A stretch of 64,000 nt of DNA from Selaginella moellendorffii (taxonomy: Eukaryota > Plantae > Lycopodiophyta): NCBI RefSeq assembly GCF_000143415.4, contig NW_003314356.1, forward strand, positions 655,093 to 719,092. Reading direction: 5' to 3'. Positions within the stretch are counted from its first letter, which is position 1. Each line of letters begins with the position of its first letter. Below, piece after piece: positions 1 through 13,785 of this stretch. Both the position numbers and the translations under genes were made by a program. The notes below the pieces were generated by a model. That model saw only the letters and a list, made by a program, of their open reading frames with translations. It did not search any database and was not told the DNA's origin.

Positions 1-3000
1 CCCGTCGCGCTAAAATACGAAGATGCCTATCAGGTGATAAGTTTCTTGCTTCAGATAGTTTCTTTTACTTACCTTTATTGTTTTTTCTTAATAGTATCAA
101 AATGTTTTTGGGCCGCTAGTGAAGCTTGAAGCCGATTACGATAAGGTTGGATTTTTCATTGGCTTCTTTGATCTAACTGGTGCCTGGATCGTAGATGATG
201 AAAGAATCTCAAAGTAAGGACAACATTACCGTTCGTTGGGACGTTGGGCTGAACAAAAAGCGCATTGCGTACTTTGTGTTTCCAAAGGTATGTCTGACAG
301 ATGGTTGCACAGGTTTTTAAGTCTTTTGGTTACAGGAAGACAATGAACTGAGGCTTGTACCCGGCGACGAACTGCGTCTGCGGTATTCTGGTGACAGTTC
401 TCATCCTGCTTGGCAGTCGGTTGGGCATGTGGTACAGTACCGCCGTATTCATATCATATATGACGTGCATAGGAGGATCTAACTAAGATACTTCATTCAG
501 ATTAAACTGACCGCGCAAGAGGAGGTTGCTTTAGAGCTTCGAGCGAGCCAGGTATTGGTTGCTTTGGCTAAGATAACGTGTCATTTACTTTTTTCTTTCT
601 TGCAGGGGGTTCCAACTGATGTGCTTCATAATTTTAGCGTGGACTTTGTTTGGAAAAGCACCAGTTTCGACAGGATGCAAGCTGCTATGAAAACCTTTGC
701 CGTCGATGAGACCAGTGTCAGCGGGTAAGTACCCGTTTAATTTTAGAGTATAAAGTATAACTTGGTTTCAATACCAGATACATCTATCACCGACTTTTGG
801 GTCACGAGGTGGAGTCTCAAACTGTGCGAAATACATTGCCGAGGAGGTTTGCTGCTCCAGGTCTGCCCGACCTGAATGCTTCGCAGGTTTTTAGCTTCTA
901 AAAATAATTGTTGATCTTCTAACTTGTGTGCATTTATAGGTTTATGCTGTTAAACACGTATTGCAAAAGCCTGTTAGCCTCATTCAAGGTCCACCTGGAA
1001 CTGGTAAAACGGTGACTTCCGCGGCAATTGTTTACCACTTGGCGAAACAAGGGCAAGGACAGGTATTACCAGTCACATACATTGGATTGTAACAATAATT
1101 TAAAATTCTTTGCAGGTCCTAGTATGTGCTCCAAGTAACGTTGCGGTTGATCAACTCGCGGAGAAGATCAGTGCGACTGGCTTGAAGGTGGGTTACATGC
1201 TTGTTGCACGTCAACGTTGACTTAACAGTCTCTGGACAGGTTGTGCGGCTATGTGCGAAGTCCAGAGAAGCTGTCAGTTCGCCTGTCGAACATCTTACTT
1301 TACATTATCAGGTTTGTGCATTTGGAGATCATTTCAAAAATCTAATAAAGCCTTTTTCAGGTTAGGCACTTGGATACATCTGATAAAAGTGAACTACACA
1401 AGCTGCAAATGCTGAAAGATGAACAAGGTGAGCAAAGATGCACAACCAAATGTTTTTCTGAATATATTTATATACAGGCGAGCTTTCAAGTGCCGATGAA
1501 AAGAAATACAAAGCTTTGAAAAGGGCAACAGAGCGTGAAATTGCCCAAAGTGCTGATATTATATGCTGTACTTGTGTTGGTGCTGGAGATCCTCGCCTCG
1601 CAAACTTCAGATTTCGACAGGTATTTTGAATAAAAAAATTGTTTTTTCCTGATAATTTTGTTGCTAGGTTCTCATCGATGAGTCGACTCAAGCAACTGAA
1701 CCGGAATGCCTTATTCCTCTGGTTCTGGGTGCTAAGCAGGTCAGTATGACTTATTGGATTGAGTTTTTTCAAAACCTCGAGTCTCTGTAGGTTGTTCTTG
1801 TCGGCGATCACTGTCAACTAGGACCTGTGATTATGTGCAAAAAAGCAGCGCGTGCTGGTCTGGCACAATCACTGTTTGAAAGGCTTGTACTTTTGGGAGT
1901 AAAACCCATTCGTCTTCAGGTATGTAACTTTAAAGCTGTTTATCTACGGTCTGAAGGACATTGTGTTACAGGTGCAATATCGAATGCACCCTTGCTTGTC
2001 CGAGTTTCCCTCCAATAGCTTTTACGAAGGAACACTGCAAAACGGCATTTCAATGAACGAGAGGCTTTCATCTGGTACTGACTTCCCATGGCCTGTTCCT
2101 ACACGCCCAATGTTCTTCTACGTTCAGGTGGGTCTTAATTCAAGTTTGTTATTGTGAAGTAGGACCTTCGAGTTCTTCAGATGGGCCAAGAGGAAATCAG
2201 TGCAAGCGGGACATCCTACCTGAATAGGACAGAGGCTGCCAATGTCGAAAAAATCGTGAGCACGTTCCTGAAGAGTGGTGTTGTACCTAGTCAGGTAAAT
2301 ACCAAAGTTCAATGGCCATTCCTTGAAGTAAACGTTTATATTCGCTGTAGATTGGTGTTATCACTCCATACGAAGGTCAGCGAGCCTACATTGTTAGCCA
2401 TATGGCTAGAAATGGAAACCTTCGACAGCAGTTGTACAAAGAGATCGAGGTGTGTTTCTTAGTAGGTGTGCGGTGTTGTCTGAAGTGAAAATGCAGGTCG
2501 CCAGTGTCGACTCCTTTCAGGGACGTGAAAAGGACTACATCATATTATCCTGTGTTAGAAGCAACGAACATCAGGTGCACGTCTTTTATAACTCAATGAA
2601 ATCTTATCGATCTTTACAGGGCATTGGTTTTCTGAACGATCCCCGAAGATTGAACGTGGCGCTTACTCGAGCTCGGTTTGGAATTGTTATCCTAGGCAAT
2701 CCCAAGGTTCTGAGTAAGCAAGCTCTTTGGAATGGTCTCTTATCACATTACAAGGTATCTAAAGCTGGAAATTCATACATTTGCACATGATAAAACGCTT
2801 TTAACTTTCAGGAGCACGAATGCTTGGTCGAGGGACCTCTGAATAATTTGAAGCAAAGCATGGTGCAGTTTCAGAAGCCTAAAAAGGTATACGTAGTTTG
2901 GAGCATTTATTCCATTTTAACACTTTTCGTGTAGATCTTCCACGATCGACGAGTTTATGGTCCTGTTGGAGTTGGAGTTGTTCCTGCCGCTGCAGGGCCA

Positions 3001-4170
3001 TACGATAAACGCAGTGGTCGTGGCAAAGTTGTGGAAGGTCGTGGAGGTACTCGTGTATTTTTATGTGAGATTGAGAATTATTCACCGATTATCCTTGTAG
3101 GTGGCTACATGCCATTTGGTGCTATTCCTCACAAAGGAGGCATTCCTCATCCTGGCTTCCCGCAACCGCGGATGCCGCTTCCTCCTTTTCCCGGCGGTCC
3201 GCATACGCAGCCTTACGCCATTCCACCGCGCGGTACTCTTCACGGACCAATCGGTGGAGTTCCAGGGAATAGAGGCTATGGTGGTCGTGGCAACGCCGGG
3301 GGACCTATAGGTGGCCACCTATCCCATCATCAACCATCCCAAGGGTTGGGAGGAATTGGTGGCTTTAACTTTGGACTGGACAATCCATCTAGCCAGCCTT
3401 CCATGGGTGGGCCGCTTACTCAGCAGGGACTAATGACTCAGGTAATGTATTTTCTTTTGTCTCGGGGCTGTTAACAATTTTTGGATGCCATCACAGGGCT
3501 TGAGCCAGAATTTGAGGGAAGGATATTCATTGGGAGGGATGTCACAGGTGCGTTTTTGTGATTCGATATTATTTAGTCATTCGTTAAACCTCTTTCTTCA
3601 GGATTTTCTGGCCGAGGATTTCAAATCTCAGGGCTCTCATGTGGGATACAATGGACCAGAATTTTCAACACAGGTAGACATTGCTTGCGATCTTTCTTCT
3701 ATTTTATTTTATCATTGTCTTTCTTCCAGGCCGGTATGTATGGGGTTGATTTCGTCACCCAGGGAACCCAAGGCACGTACCCTGGCGATTACATGAATCA
3801 GAATTCGCAAGGTTATGGTTCAAACAACGAGTTTGTACCTCAGGTTCGTTCGTTCGTTCGTTTGAGTTTTTCTTTTGGTTGACTGATTTTCCGTGCTACA
3901 TACAAACAACAGGACTTCCTGTCTCATGGATCACAGAACTTGTTCACCCAAGTTGGCTTCGGCGAACGCACTCAAGATGATCCATCCGCTCAAGCTCACT
4001 ACGGTCTGGGTGCCCACCAGGTAATACGAGCTGATTAATCGAGCAAGGAAGCTAAGCTTGTATTTTTCCAGGGTCTCATGGGGCCAATGTACTCGCAGCC
4101 CTTCACGCAGTACACGCAGCCGTTGAATCAGCAGCAGCCGGCCCAGCACCGCATGCATTACAATGGTTAG
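1..4170 (+). CDS. UPF1: UPF1 / regulator of nonsense transcripts 1, SF1 RNA helicase (multi-exon, 5' end outside window)
   Basis: Spliced exons give QGPPGTGKT (Walker A, ~987-1012), [13 protein letters not shown] (~1668), [27 protein letters not shown] and [13 protein letters not shown]-rich C-terminus; last exon 4072-4170 ends ...HYNG*. About 28 short GT-AG introns. Confidence 0.98.
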
Positions 4171-5213
4171 AGAAAAGCCGGGAAGGGACTCGACGTACGC
4201 TCGTTCTCTTCTGAACAACGGACACGGTCCGAGCAGCATCCGAAGAATTCCGGGATGTACAAACGGCGAGGCACAAGCGACGAGACAACGACGACGATGG
4301 CGACGATGGCTTACCTTCTTCTCTGAAGGAAACAGAAGGGAGGAAAAAATCCGCCGGCATCAAGTCTTCTTTGTTTTTGCAAGCGCGGTGCAAGTTCTAG
4401 TGGCACTTCCCTTCAACCAGTGCGACGTCTAACTTGCTTAAGGTGCTCGATCCGATCAATCTCCTCCATGGTATGGACTAAGTTTGTCAAAGTTACAGCA
4501 TTTAGGACTTGGTTTTAAGTGATATGTCCAATTTGCTGATCTTTTGCTTTCTGTTTTTCGACAAAATAAATACCCGATTTTTTATCAATGGGTCAAGCCA
4601 GCTCAGATGGTCAAGGCGGCGCTGTCAGGCGGTCGGCCGGCATGCCAGATCGGTGTATATAAATGCGAGACTGGCGGCGCTAGGGTTTTCTCGGGGGCCT
4701 CTGGCGGTTGAGCTCGGGAGGATTGCTTGTGTGTGTGCGCTCTTCTTACTTCTAACGAGTTTCTTTGGCTGTGGCGTAGAAGATGGAGCTGGATCTGGAT
4801 GGCACCCATGCTGAGTGATTAGATCTTCTTGCTTGGTTGTTTTCATGTGCTTCTGGCTGTGTGTGGAGCTTGGTAGACTTTTTTGCTTGTCTGCTTTCTT
4901 TCTCCTCCTTGCCGCGAAGAAAAGAAGAAAAAGGCGAAGAGCTCGACTAGATTTCCCACGCCTCCAGCAGCCCACCGGACAAAGTCCGGCCCGACCTGGG
5001 GACATCCTGGCTCGGGCGTTTTCCTTTGGAGGCGGCGCCTCCAAATGGGACTCGTGGGTAATTTGCAAGAGGAGGCTGCCGCGCTGGTGGGGGTACTCGG
5101 CGAGCGCCTCCACCAGGCTACTGTGGCGGCCTCCACAAGTCTTGCAAAACCAAAGAAGCACTCCTCTTTTTTCCAGTTTCTCCGCTCGAACAACCGAAGT
5201 GGCGACTACATTA

Positions 5214-6460
5214 TTAACAGTTCAAAATTCCTTTGGTGCCAGGACGTTTCTCTAAACGAACATCCGCACTTGGTTCGAATTCTTCTTTGATCTCTTCAGG
5301 AGGACCAAAATTCAGCTCTTCCACTGCACCAGCAGTCAGAGCCGCTGGCTCAACTGCCCTACCTCTCGGCATCATATTGATTTGGGAATAGCCTTCAGCA
5401 TCAGCACCACTTTGATGTCGTACACCTTCACTGATGTTGCTTCTTGATTTGATGTTGCTTCTTGATGGCTGATCGACACCAGTCACCACCTGATCATATG
5501 TGAATGGAATATGCATTCATTTGCTACGTGCACCTGCAAAATGGTCAGTATATTTACCTCAGGATAAAATTATTCTGTAGCCTACCACTTTGTGCGGGGA
5601 AATGTCGACTTGATACTCGGACCTAAACTCGAGTGCCTCCTCAACAACGCTTTCTCCCCAATTGGATTACATTTTCTAGGGAACACCCTCTTCTCGTCCT
5701 TTACTTGATCTAGTGGTTCATGAACTCCACAGACAGACAAGAGCTCCCAAAGTAACCTTGAATATGGCGAACAAAAGAAACGCTAGAGCAACCTGTGAAA
5801 GGTGGTGAGACGAGAATGTAAAACTGGGTTTGATTCATTTTACATGGTCCAGCATGCTGCGTATGCCATGCAATTATACTGTCAAATTTTATTTTATAGA
5901 AAGTCCATGCAAGAATTCGGTTGACTGCGGAATGAAGCTAAAAGCCGCCGGTTTAAAATGGGCGTAAGCCCGGATCGCCCCTGCTCGTCGCGCCCTCGAT
6001 CCTGTTCCTCATCAATTTTAGGGTGAAAGTTAATCATTACATGTTCTTGCATCTACCACGTTAAATGTGCGACTCGATTCTTAAGCTTGAAGACGTGATC
6101 TTGTGCGTGCTCTTCAAAATGCAAAAGCATCGCAAATATTCGGCCTTAGTTAAAATTTAACATTGGAGCCACAATTTTATTCCTTGTGCTCTTTTGGATT
6201 ACATTTTCTAGGGAATCTTCTCATCCTTGTCTTGCTTGTCTTTCTTCTTCCTTGTCTTCCTTTTGTTTCTCCTCATCTTTTGAATCTAGATGATCATCCT
6301 TACACTTGAAGTTGATGTTAATGTTGTTGCCATTGTCATTCCATGCCTTGGTGAAAATCATCACCATCTTCTTCGTAAGAAGGCAAAAGAGAATCGGAAG
6401 TCTAGTGCTGCTGATTATTCATGAACTCCATGGACGGACAAGAGCTCCCTCCTTGAAGAA
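5214..6460 (-). pseudogene. Unidentified spliced gene remnant with internal duplication
   Basis: 100-aa ORF 5214-5516 and minus-strand acceptor-like sites at ~5534 and 5793. TTGGATTACATTTTCTAGGGAA occurs at ~5662 and ~6194; CATGAACTCCA..GACAAGAGCTCCC occurs at ~5719 and ~6420. No recognisable domain. Confidence 0.25.
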
Positions 6461-6769
6461 GACGAAGTATGATGTATAAGTATGATACAAAAGTAATGAT
6501 GTAAGATACATGTATACAAAATGAGTATACGTATGATGTACAAAGTAAAATAAAAAGCTGATAAAAAAAGTTTGAATATTAGCCTTCAAATAAGAAACAA
6601 AACCATGGCAACTCAACCGACAGCCTCCTCTTGCAAATTACCCACGAGTGGAGGATGGCCCCAAGTTGGGAGCTCTTCTTTTTTCTCTGTCGTCGTCTTG
6701 GAATTTAGGGCAAACATGGCAGCATCGTGTTAAAAGCAATGGTGTTCCATAGGGTTAGGGCTCGAGGCA

Positions 6770-8444
6770 ATGGATGATGTGTTTTCGACTCCCGTGTGCA
6801 TTGTGTACGTGCATCCGGCGGAGGAGCGTGGTAGGAATGTGGACGATCTGCGTGCCAAGCTAGCATTCCGGGCCGTGCCATCCGACATCAAGAATTCGGG
6901 CGACCTTGTAAACTGGCTCAAGACGGTTCTTAAAGTGGACGCGGTCCTTAGCTCCAAGGGATGGATGGAAATTCCTACGCCAGATCCTGGCGCACACCTG
7001 CCCCCAACATTCGAGCTTCATCTCCGCAAGGTGCTCTTCACAGGTTTGATGTTGTTTGGCATGCTACTGTTCTCATACATTTCAAACAGATGCTTCTGAT
7101 AACAGCAAGGAATGGGCTCGCACAGTGTTACAACCATTTCCGTTTGCTGTTCTCGACGTTGCTGGCTTGCGGAGAGCATTGGAGGAGCCACTCCCTTTGC
7201 CGCTTCCTGTTGGTCCTGCTACATATGCAACTCTGGACCCGAGCTATGCTACCCAGTTCATTCCGACCAACCAGTACCCCGCCGAGAGAATATCCGGTTG
7301 CGTAACAAACTTCATGAACTCGAGAGTGGCGCTTGGCATGTCCGAGAATCTGCTGCAAAGTATCTGGGACTCGGCATTTTGCAACTTGTGGATGGAGCTG
7401 CTGTATCTGTCGGAGATTACGAGCATTCAGTTCAACCGGAACGTCACCGACCATTCTGGTGCTTCAACGACAAACGTCCGTCCTGATTTGCTGCTTTGGA
7501 TCTTGAACAGGCTGTGCGTCAAGTTCGAGGAGAAACGGGCAACTTTGGAAGAGGCGTACCAGGACCTGATAAATAAGCTTGGCGTACTTCCACCACAGTA
7601 CTATGAACCCGTCCAGTGGATAGTTGGGGTCGCATTAGCAGGTCCGGAGATGGCGGGGTGGGCTATGAGACAGGGGCAGACACCAGATGATCTGTTTGGG
7701 CGCTTAAACATGGGGTCACTCAGGGACAAGACAACATGCTTACGGCTCTCCATCAACTTCCTTCGGATTGCCTTGACAATTTCAAGCATCTACTCCAAGC
7801 TGAATTTTCTGCCGAGGCCATTCAACGTGCTTCCTCCCGCCTTTTACGGTTCTCTCAGTCAGATAACCAGGACTCTGCGGATCGTCTATCCTAAGGTGAT
7901 CAAGGAGATTCGCCCCTGGTCGCAGCACGTTGCGGAGGGATTCACTACGACGGCTTTTGTGACGCAAGCGTACGGGCTTGGCGCTGTGGGGCTGGTGTCA
8001 GGTGTCGTCAAAGTGAGGGCTGAACGATACAATGTGGTCATTCAGTCGGTGGGATACGAGCAGATGATTTCCAGCGAAGAGGACTTGTGGCCGGCCGTTC
8101 AGAGCGCGCTTCACGGCCTACATGCGTTGCACCAGGGAGGCTTGGTTCACAGGGACATCAGATGGAAAAACATCCTCAAGCTTCCTGCTAGTAATGGGAG
8201 CTGGATGCTTATCGATCTTGAGACAGTATGGAAGACAGACTGTACGCCCAGTTGCTGGCTTCGCGCCTGGGACGACAACACATTGGTCGATGGCGTCTAC
8301 ACGCGGTCCTCCGATCTGTATCTTGTTGGAAGGCTTATGGAGAGCTTTCGTGATCTGTCACCTGAGGCCAAGGAGTTTCAGGCTAAGCTTTTACGGCACG
8401 AGTTCCTGAGTGCTCAGGAAGCGCTCCATTACTTGTCGCGTTGA
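6770..8444 (+). CDS. Crinkler/RHS-type effector-like protein: N-terminal header + PD-(D/E)xK REase + protein kinase
   Basis: Exons 6770-7043 and 7090-8444 (GT-AG intron, frame preserved). REase motif RPDLLLW...KFEEK; kinase motifs VIKEI, HRDIRWKNIL, LIDLE, SDLYLVGRL. Confidence 0.8.
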
Positions 8445-8699
8445 TGGAAATGGGAAGTACTCTTTTAGCGTAGATGGTACGTATATATATACGCCCAGTA
8501 TATATATATTGAAATGTAATTCAGCTTTGTATCTGGTTTGGGTTTATTAATTTTTTTGTTTGCTTTGAGTTATATTTAGAATATACCATCTATTTGTTGT
8601 TATTCATTCTGCTGGCTTGGACCAAAATAAGTCTTTGAAAACGCTTTATTGGGATAGAAAAGTTATAGCTAATAGTGCAATATAGAATAAATTAGTGTA

Positions 8700-10830
8700 T
8701 ATCCACATTATATTCTTAATATGTTGGAATGGATCAAGTTTATACCCAGTAAGTTTTACTTTTCACTCTTCACATTTGTTTCTTTACTTCTTTACATTCT
8801 TGCCTCTTTGTTTCTCTCTTTTCATAGCCAAGTGATTTTCCAGGGCTACTTGAGAATACAAAATTAAACATTGACAGAATGTTCTCAAGAACTGGAAGAA
8901 CCAGCTTTCTTAATGCTTTGGATTCGAATTAATTATGAAGTGAGGTAATAATTGGTGGTATATGTTCTCTTCCAAGTTCTATTTTTTCTAGCTATCTTTT
9001 TGTATTGCAAGGAGTTTATCCATGGTAATGTTCTTGTTCAATCTAATGCAACAGTGAATGGTTTTCGTATGGCTTTTCTCCACTAGCAGTGTTCAAGATA
9101 ATGAACTTCATCCTTGACAACATTGACACTGAAAGTGAACACCATTAAGATTTTTTGTTAGTGATACAGATAAATAAAGGAAAATCCTTGTATCGTATGC
9201 CATTAATAATGTGGAGTTTATAGCCAGGACAAGGAGGAGCTGCATTGGAGGAGCAAATATCTAGGAAACCCCCTTCTCCTTGCACCAGCAATCTCATCCA
9301 ATGGAGAACATTGGAGCGATCCAAGGAACTTGAGTGTAAACTATGGTGGGAAAACTTTTCTTTTCATTAGTTGTATCATAGTGTTACATAGCCAATTATG
9401 TTTTCTATGATGAATTGAATTTAAGTTTAGAAGGAAGATAAATATTAAAATCGGAAGAAATAGGTGGTGAAGTGAACAGATGTATGGTAAATTGTAGTGC
9501 ATGTGATTATGGGATGAGATTTAGATATACCTTGGTAGATAAATGCTCTCTTATCAAACAATTACCCTTTCTCCAGTTAGTTTAAGGGAAGAGAGATAGA
9601 GTGTGTTGTGTCTTTGAGCTACAGCTACAAAATGCTAGTTTTGCTTGATGAAACCTATTTGGTACACACTATAATAAAATCAAACATATAAACATGAAAA
9701 ATACCTATAAGTTGACAACAACTACTTAAAGCTTGTCAGCATTCAAGGTTATCATATGTTCTGCCATAGTCACCTATCTAGATAGCAAAGCATTGTGTCA
9801 TATCTTCAACATGTTACTTTTCCAGATCTTGCTGCATTTTAGTCACTCCTTGTCTCATCCAAGACTTGGGATCTGTTTAGATCAATGTTTATCAGTGCAT
9901 TGTGTTATAAAATACATAAGAAATACCTTTGGATAACTTTTCAGTCATAGACACTATAATATAAAGTGTTTCTTTGTTTTGAAGAGCTCTCCACAAATTT
10001 CACATTTTCTATCACAATCTTCTACAAAGTCTGAATTGTTCCACAACTTGAAAATGAGATGCTTCATGGCTGGTGCTCTTAGTTATAAACACAAACTACT
10101 CATGAAAACTATGTGGAATTGGAATCAATATGATGTTTAATCAAGTGTTCTAGAGCAAGTAAACATCAAGAGAGAAAGCAAGAAGGCTAAAGGTACTGCT
10201 CATGTGTGACTTATTTATCATATGGTAGACGTATTACTTACATGCAGCTAATTATGAATTTGCAATATCCCTCCACTACTCATGCAACTTTTCGTTTCCT
10301 AGAAGAATTTCAATGCCAAGACCTACTAAAGGTACTACACATGCAATCTATTTATCATATGGTAAACTTATTACTTATATGCAGTTACTTATGAATTGCT
10401 GTTCCTTGCAAGGTCCCTCCTTATGCAACTTTTCATTTCCTGGAAGAATCTCACTATCAAGATCCTCCATTGCAGTAACACTAATAAAACATTGTTAACA
10501 CCAAAGTCTCCATCTAGGAAAATGGAGGATGCCAATCCAAGAAACACCAACAACACCAATACATATGGCCAATCTCATCACATATACATCATAGTAATTA
10601 TGACCACATCCTTGTTTTTTTCCTTAAACACGAATAGCAACAGCCTCAACCTTGATCGGAATAAAATATCTACCACAAGAAGTGGAGTTAAAGGACATGT
10701 AGTTGAAAGTGAGATATTTATAAAGTTTATTGTTTAATATAATGCAAAGTAACTAATCAAATTTGAGCTTAAAATTTTATATATCAAAATCCTTACTATA
10801 TTCTCAATATGTTAGAATGGATCAAATTGG
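8700..10830. mobile_element. Decayed Ty3/Gypsy gag-related fragments in AT-rich DNA
   Basis: AATATGTTRGAATGGATCAA at ~8718 and ~10806 matches gag NILEWIK at ~14489. 10445-10540 is an inverted degenerate copy of 14810-14900 (HCSNTNKTLLTPKSPSRK vs HCNSTNRTLLTPRSPPRK). Confidence 0.5.
10186..10453. repeat. Tandem duplication of a ~135 bp unit (2 copies)
   Basis: CTAAAGGTACT...TATTTATCATATGGTA...TATTACTTA.ATGCAG...ATGCAACTTTTC.TTTCCT.GAAGAAT is repeated at ~10186 and ~10325. Confidence 0.8.
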
Positions 10831-11249
10831 GTATGTTATGCCCAGCACTTTGATAAAAGACATTACTTACTATATAGTAGTATTTTGTTGAGAATCAGAT
10901 AGTTTCCTTGGGATAACCATATTATAACACAACTCTACTCTTTTATACACTAGAGTCAGTTACAGAATTCATCTTGTCTTATAGTGTTTAGATTGAAATT
11001 TTATAATTAAATCTAATAGTAAAATAAACTAGAATATACTAGAAAGTGTGTTTATAATGATAAATATATCATCATCATCATACTCATATATTTAAACAAA
11101 AGAGCCGGTATAATAATAACATATGCTAGGGAAACTTATTCTGGGCATATGCCAAGATCTAACAGCTGAGATATAATTACAAAAGGTTGTAACTTTTCAA
11201 ATCAGAAATTTTTTAATTGTGGCTTTTAGGGTTTGGAGACTAGGTCTGA

Positions 11250-12650
11250 CTGGGCTAGACAAGATGGTGGAGACTCTCAGTTTAAGCCGACACTAGCAGC
11301 GGCTCCTCCAACAATGCAAATCAAGCAATTGAAGTTTGTTCCCCAGGGTGATCAAGCCAAGATTTACACCTTGGAAAATTGTCTATGGTGGCCAGGGCCA
11401 TAGAGAGATTTGCAATCACCCACCAACTCAAGGGCTAGGGTGACAACTCCAAGTTAATGAATAAGGAGATCTTTCTCCTTGTGAGTTGGATGAGGTTGAC
11501 GATGAGTGGGAGGTATTTATCATGGAGGTCCAACAACCACTAAAAGAGTTCTCAGAGCCTCAATCAGAAATGGCAATCTTAACTTCAACCTACCAACGTG
11601 GGATAGTTTTCTTGCTGGCTTATATGGGAAAAAGCAGGACTAGATTGTGTCTGAATACAAGGGAGTGTGGGCCAGTGAGTGGCATTTGTGCTCATTGACC
11701 TCCCACATACTTTTATCCACCAAAAATCCCTGGGGAAATTGAAGTTAACGGGGGGGGGGGGGGCGCTGATCAAGGCCACATAGAGAGCTCATTGTCTGGA
11801 GGGTATACAATCAGTCAGCAGAATATTTTTGGTGCTAGACATGGGAGCCATAGACGAGTAGAGACATTGGAGCAATTAGGCAATAACTCTATTGACTTTG
11901 GGGAGCAACACCTCTCATTTGAGAAGAATTGCTGAATATACAAATGGACAGGCACCCAGGCACGTTGTCCACTCTTGTCTGCTACCATCACTAATAGAGC
12001 CATGGCATGGTGTTATGATCAAGAAATAGGATCCTTGTTGCCACACTTTGAGCCAGGGAATCATGAAAAAGAGGTCATCAATGAAGAAAGCAGCTCCCAG
12101 AAACATAAAGAGACTGAGTCTACTGCTAGAGTGTCGTTGGTGGAGGAGGTCGTTAATCAGGAGAAAAGAAGTCCTGCATGAAGAAAGTAGTGACCGTGCC
12201 CCTCCAGATGGAAGAAAAGAAGTTCCAAGCAGAACCATGACCTCTAAGCTTGGGTAGGCAGCAGGAGACATTAGCAAGGGAAAAGAAGCCTTATTTGAAG
12301 AAAGTAGAGATGTTGGCTACCAGGGAAAAGTGAAGAAAGTAGTGCTAGGGTGGTAAGTTTTTTAGCTTTTAGTAAGCAAGGGAATTTCTCTAGAGCTGTT
12401 GGAACCTTTTGGCAAGGAGACAAACTTTCTTGGGGGTGTCTATAGTGTTGATATCCTCCAAAGCCTCTTCAACTGCTGAACTGGATGAAAGCCCCCCTTG
12501 GTTCCTCTTCCCCACACAGCTGGCAGTGTTCCTCAGAAAAGTTCAGTCTCAAGAAGAACAAGAGTTCAACATCAAATCATCTTGCATGAGGGCTCCCCTC
12601 CTTGAGGAACACATGCTTTGGGCTTTCACCAAAGCATGTACCAGGAGTTA
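11250..12650 (-). mobile_element. Possible decayed non-LTR (L1-like) ORF1 remnant
   Basis: Fragmented frames with a knuckle-like CKSLYGPGHHRQF (~11375-11415, minus) and a Ser/Pro-rich upstream part; many stops. Confidence 0.25.
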
Positions 12651-13590
12651 GTCTCTGGGACTAACTTGAAACTTACTAATTATAGAATGACATTAGATTG
12701 TGAATTTAGACACGGGACGAACACCATTGTGTTCAAGACAATCTTTACATTCTGTTCATATGCCAAATTAGCTAATCTAGACATTTTTTATAAATAGTAA
12801 TTGGGACCAAACAAGACTAATACAAGATATATGATAGTGAGGGTGTTTGGTAGACATAGTAAGCTATCATTTGACGAATATTGAGGGATCAAACTCAATA
12901 TCGTAATGGTTCCTAACAATAGAAAGTGCAAGTCAACGAATGAGTTTTTCTAACTAAGTTAAGTATGTTTGACTAATAGCATTTAAGAATTTTATCCTTA
13001 TGCTCATCTAGTCAAGTGCATATGCAAAGACTAGTTTCTGAATTAACTTAGGCGGAGACTAAAAAAGGGACAAGCAATATTGACTTTCTGCCATCACGAC
13101 AGTAAAGATAAAATATTTGAAAGGACTAGCAGACAAATAACTTTTGATACCCAAAGTTACATTTATGACATGCACTCACAATATAAGTTTTATGGAAAAA
13201 ATTAAAATTATCTAAATATTTGTATATAAATATTTATAACACTTTATATCATATCAAGGCTGATTGCTATATTTTTAGTGATGGATTTAATATTTCTATT
13301 TATTTATTTTACATTTTAATAAAACTTAGAAATGTGAAATTTATATTTTCTAAATTATAATAAATATTCTTAAAGGACTTTAAGTAGTTAATTTTAAATT
13401 AAGTTCTACTAAATCTAAACTAAGAGTTTGTGAATCTTTTAAAGATACAATCACTACTTCTTTCCCTAAATTATCATTTCTTAAAGGGAAACTATTCACC
13501 AACATTACTTATATAATCTAAGCATATAAGTTTTTTATTTATATTATTGTATGAACTAATATATAGTATATAAAACTATATTCCATGTTG

Positions 13591-13764
13591 TGAGGGCCAA
13601 GTGTACGGATATGATGTTATATATTAATATTAACGTAGTGGGATTTTGGTAGCTATTGGATTGGTTTCAATCTGGACTGTTCGCTCCTATATATAAGCTA
13701 GGGTTTTTGGGCTAATTGAGATGCACATTTTCTGTATTCCCTTTTCATATTCCATGCACTCACA
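13591..13764 (+). repeat. 5' LTR
   Basis: Aligns to 17101-17269 (TAGTGGGATTTTG, TATATAAGCTAGGGTTTTTGGGCTAATT, CACATTTTCTGTATTCCCTT, GCACTCACA). Left edge is uncertain by a few bp. Confidence 0.88.
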
Positions 13765-13765
13765 T

Positions 13766-13785
13766 TAGTGGAGATGAAGGGCATC
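13766..13785 (+). promoter_or_regulatory. Primer binding site, tRNA-Ala-like
   Basis: TAGTGGAGATGAAGGGCATC immediately after the 5' LTR resembles the complement of the plant tRNA-Ala 3' end (TGGTGGAGATGCGGGGTATC). Confidence 0.65.

Noticed and set aside
4600-5290. Cluster of overlapping 100-180 aa ORFs after a TATA and telo-box-like promoter
   Set aside because: No consistent splice model or recognisable domain; it may be a gene remnant but cannot be supported.
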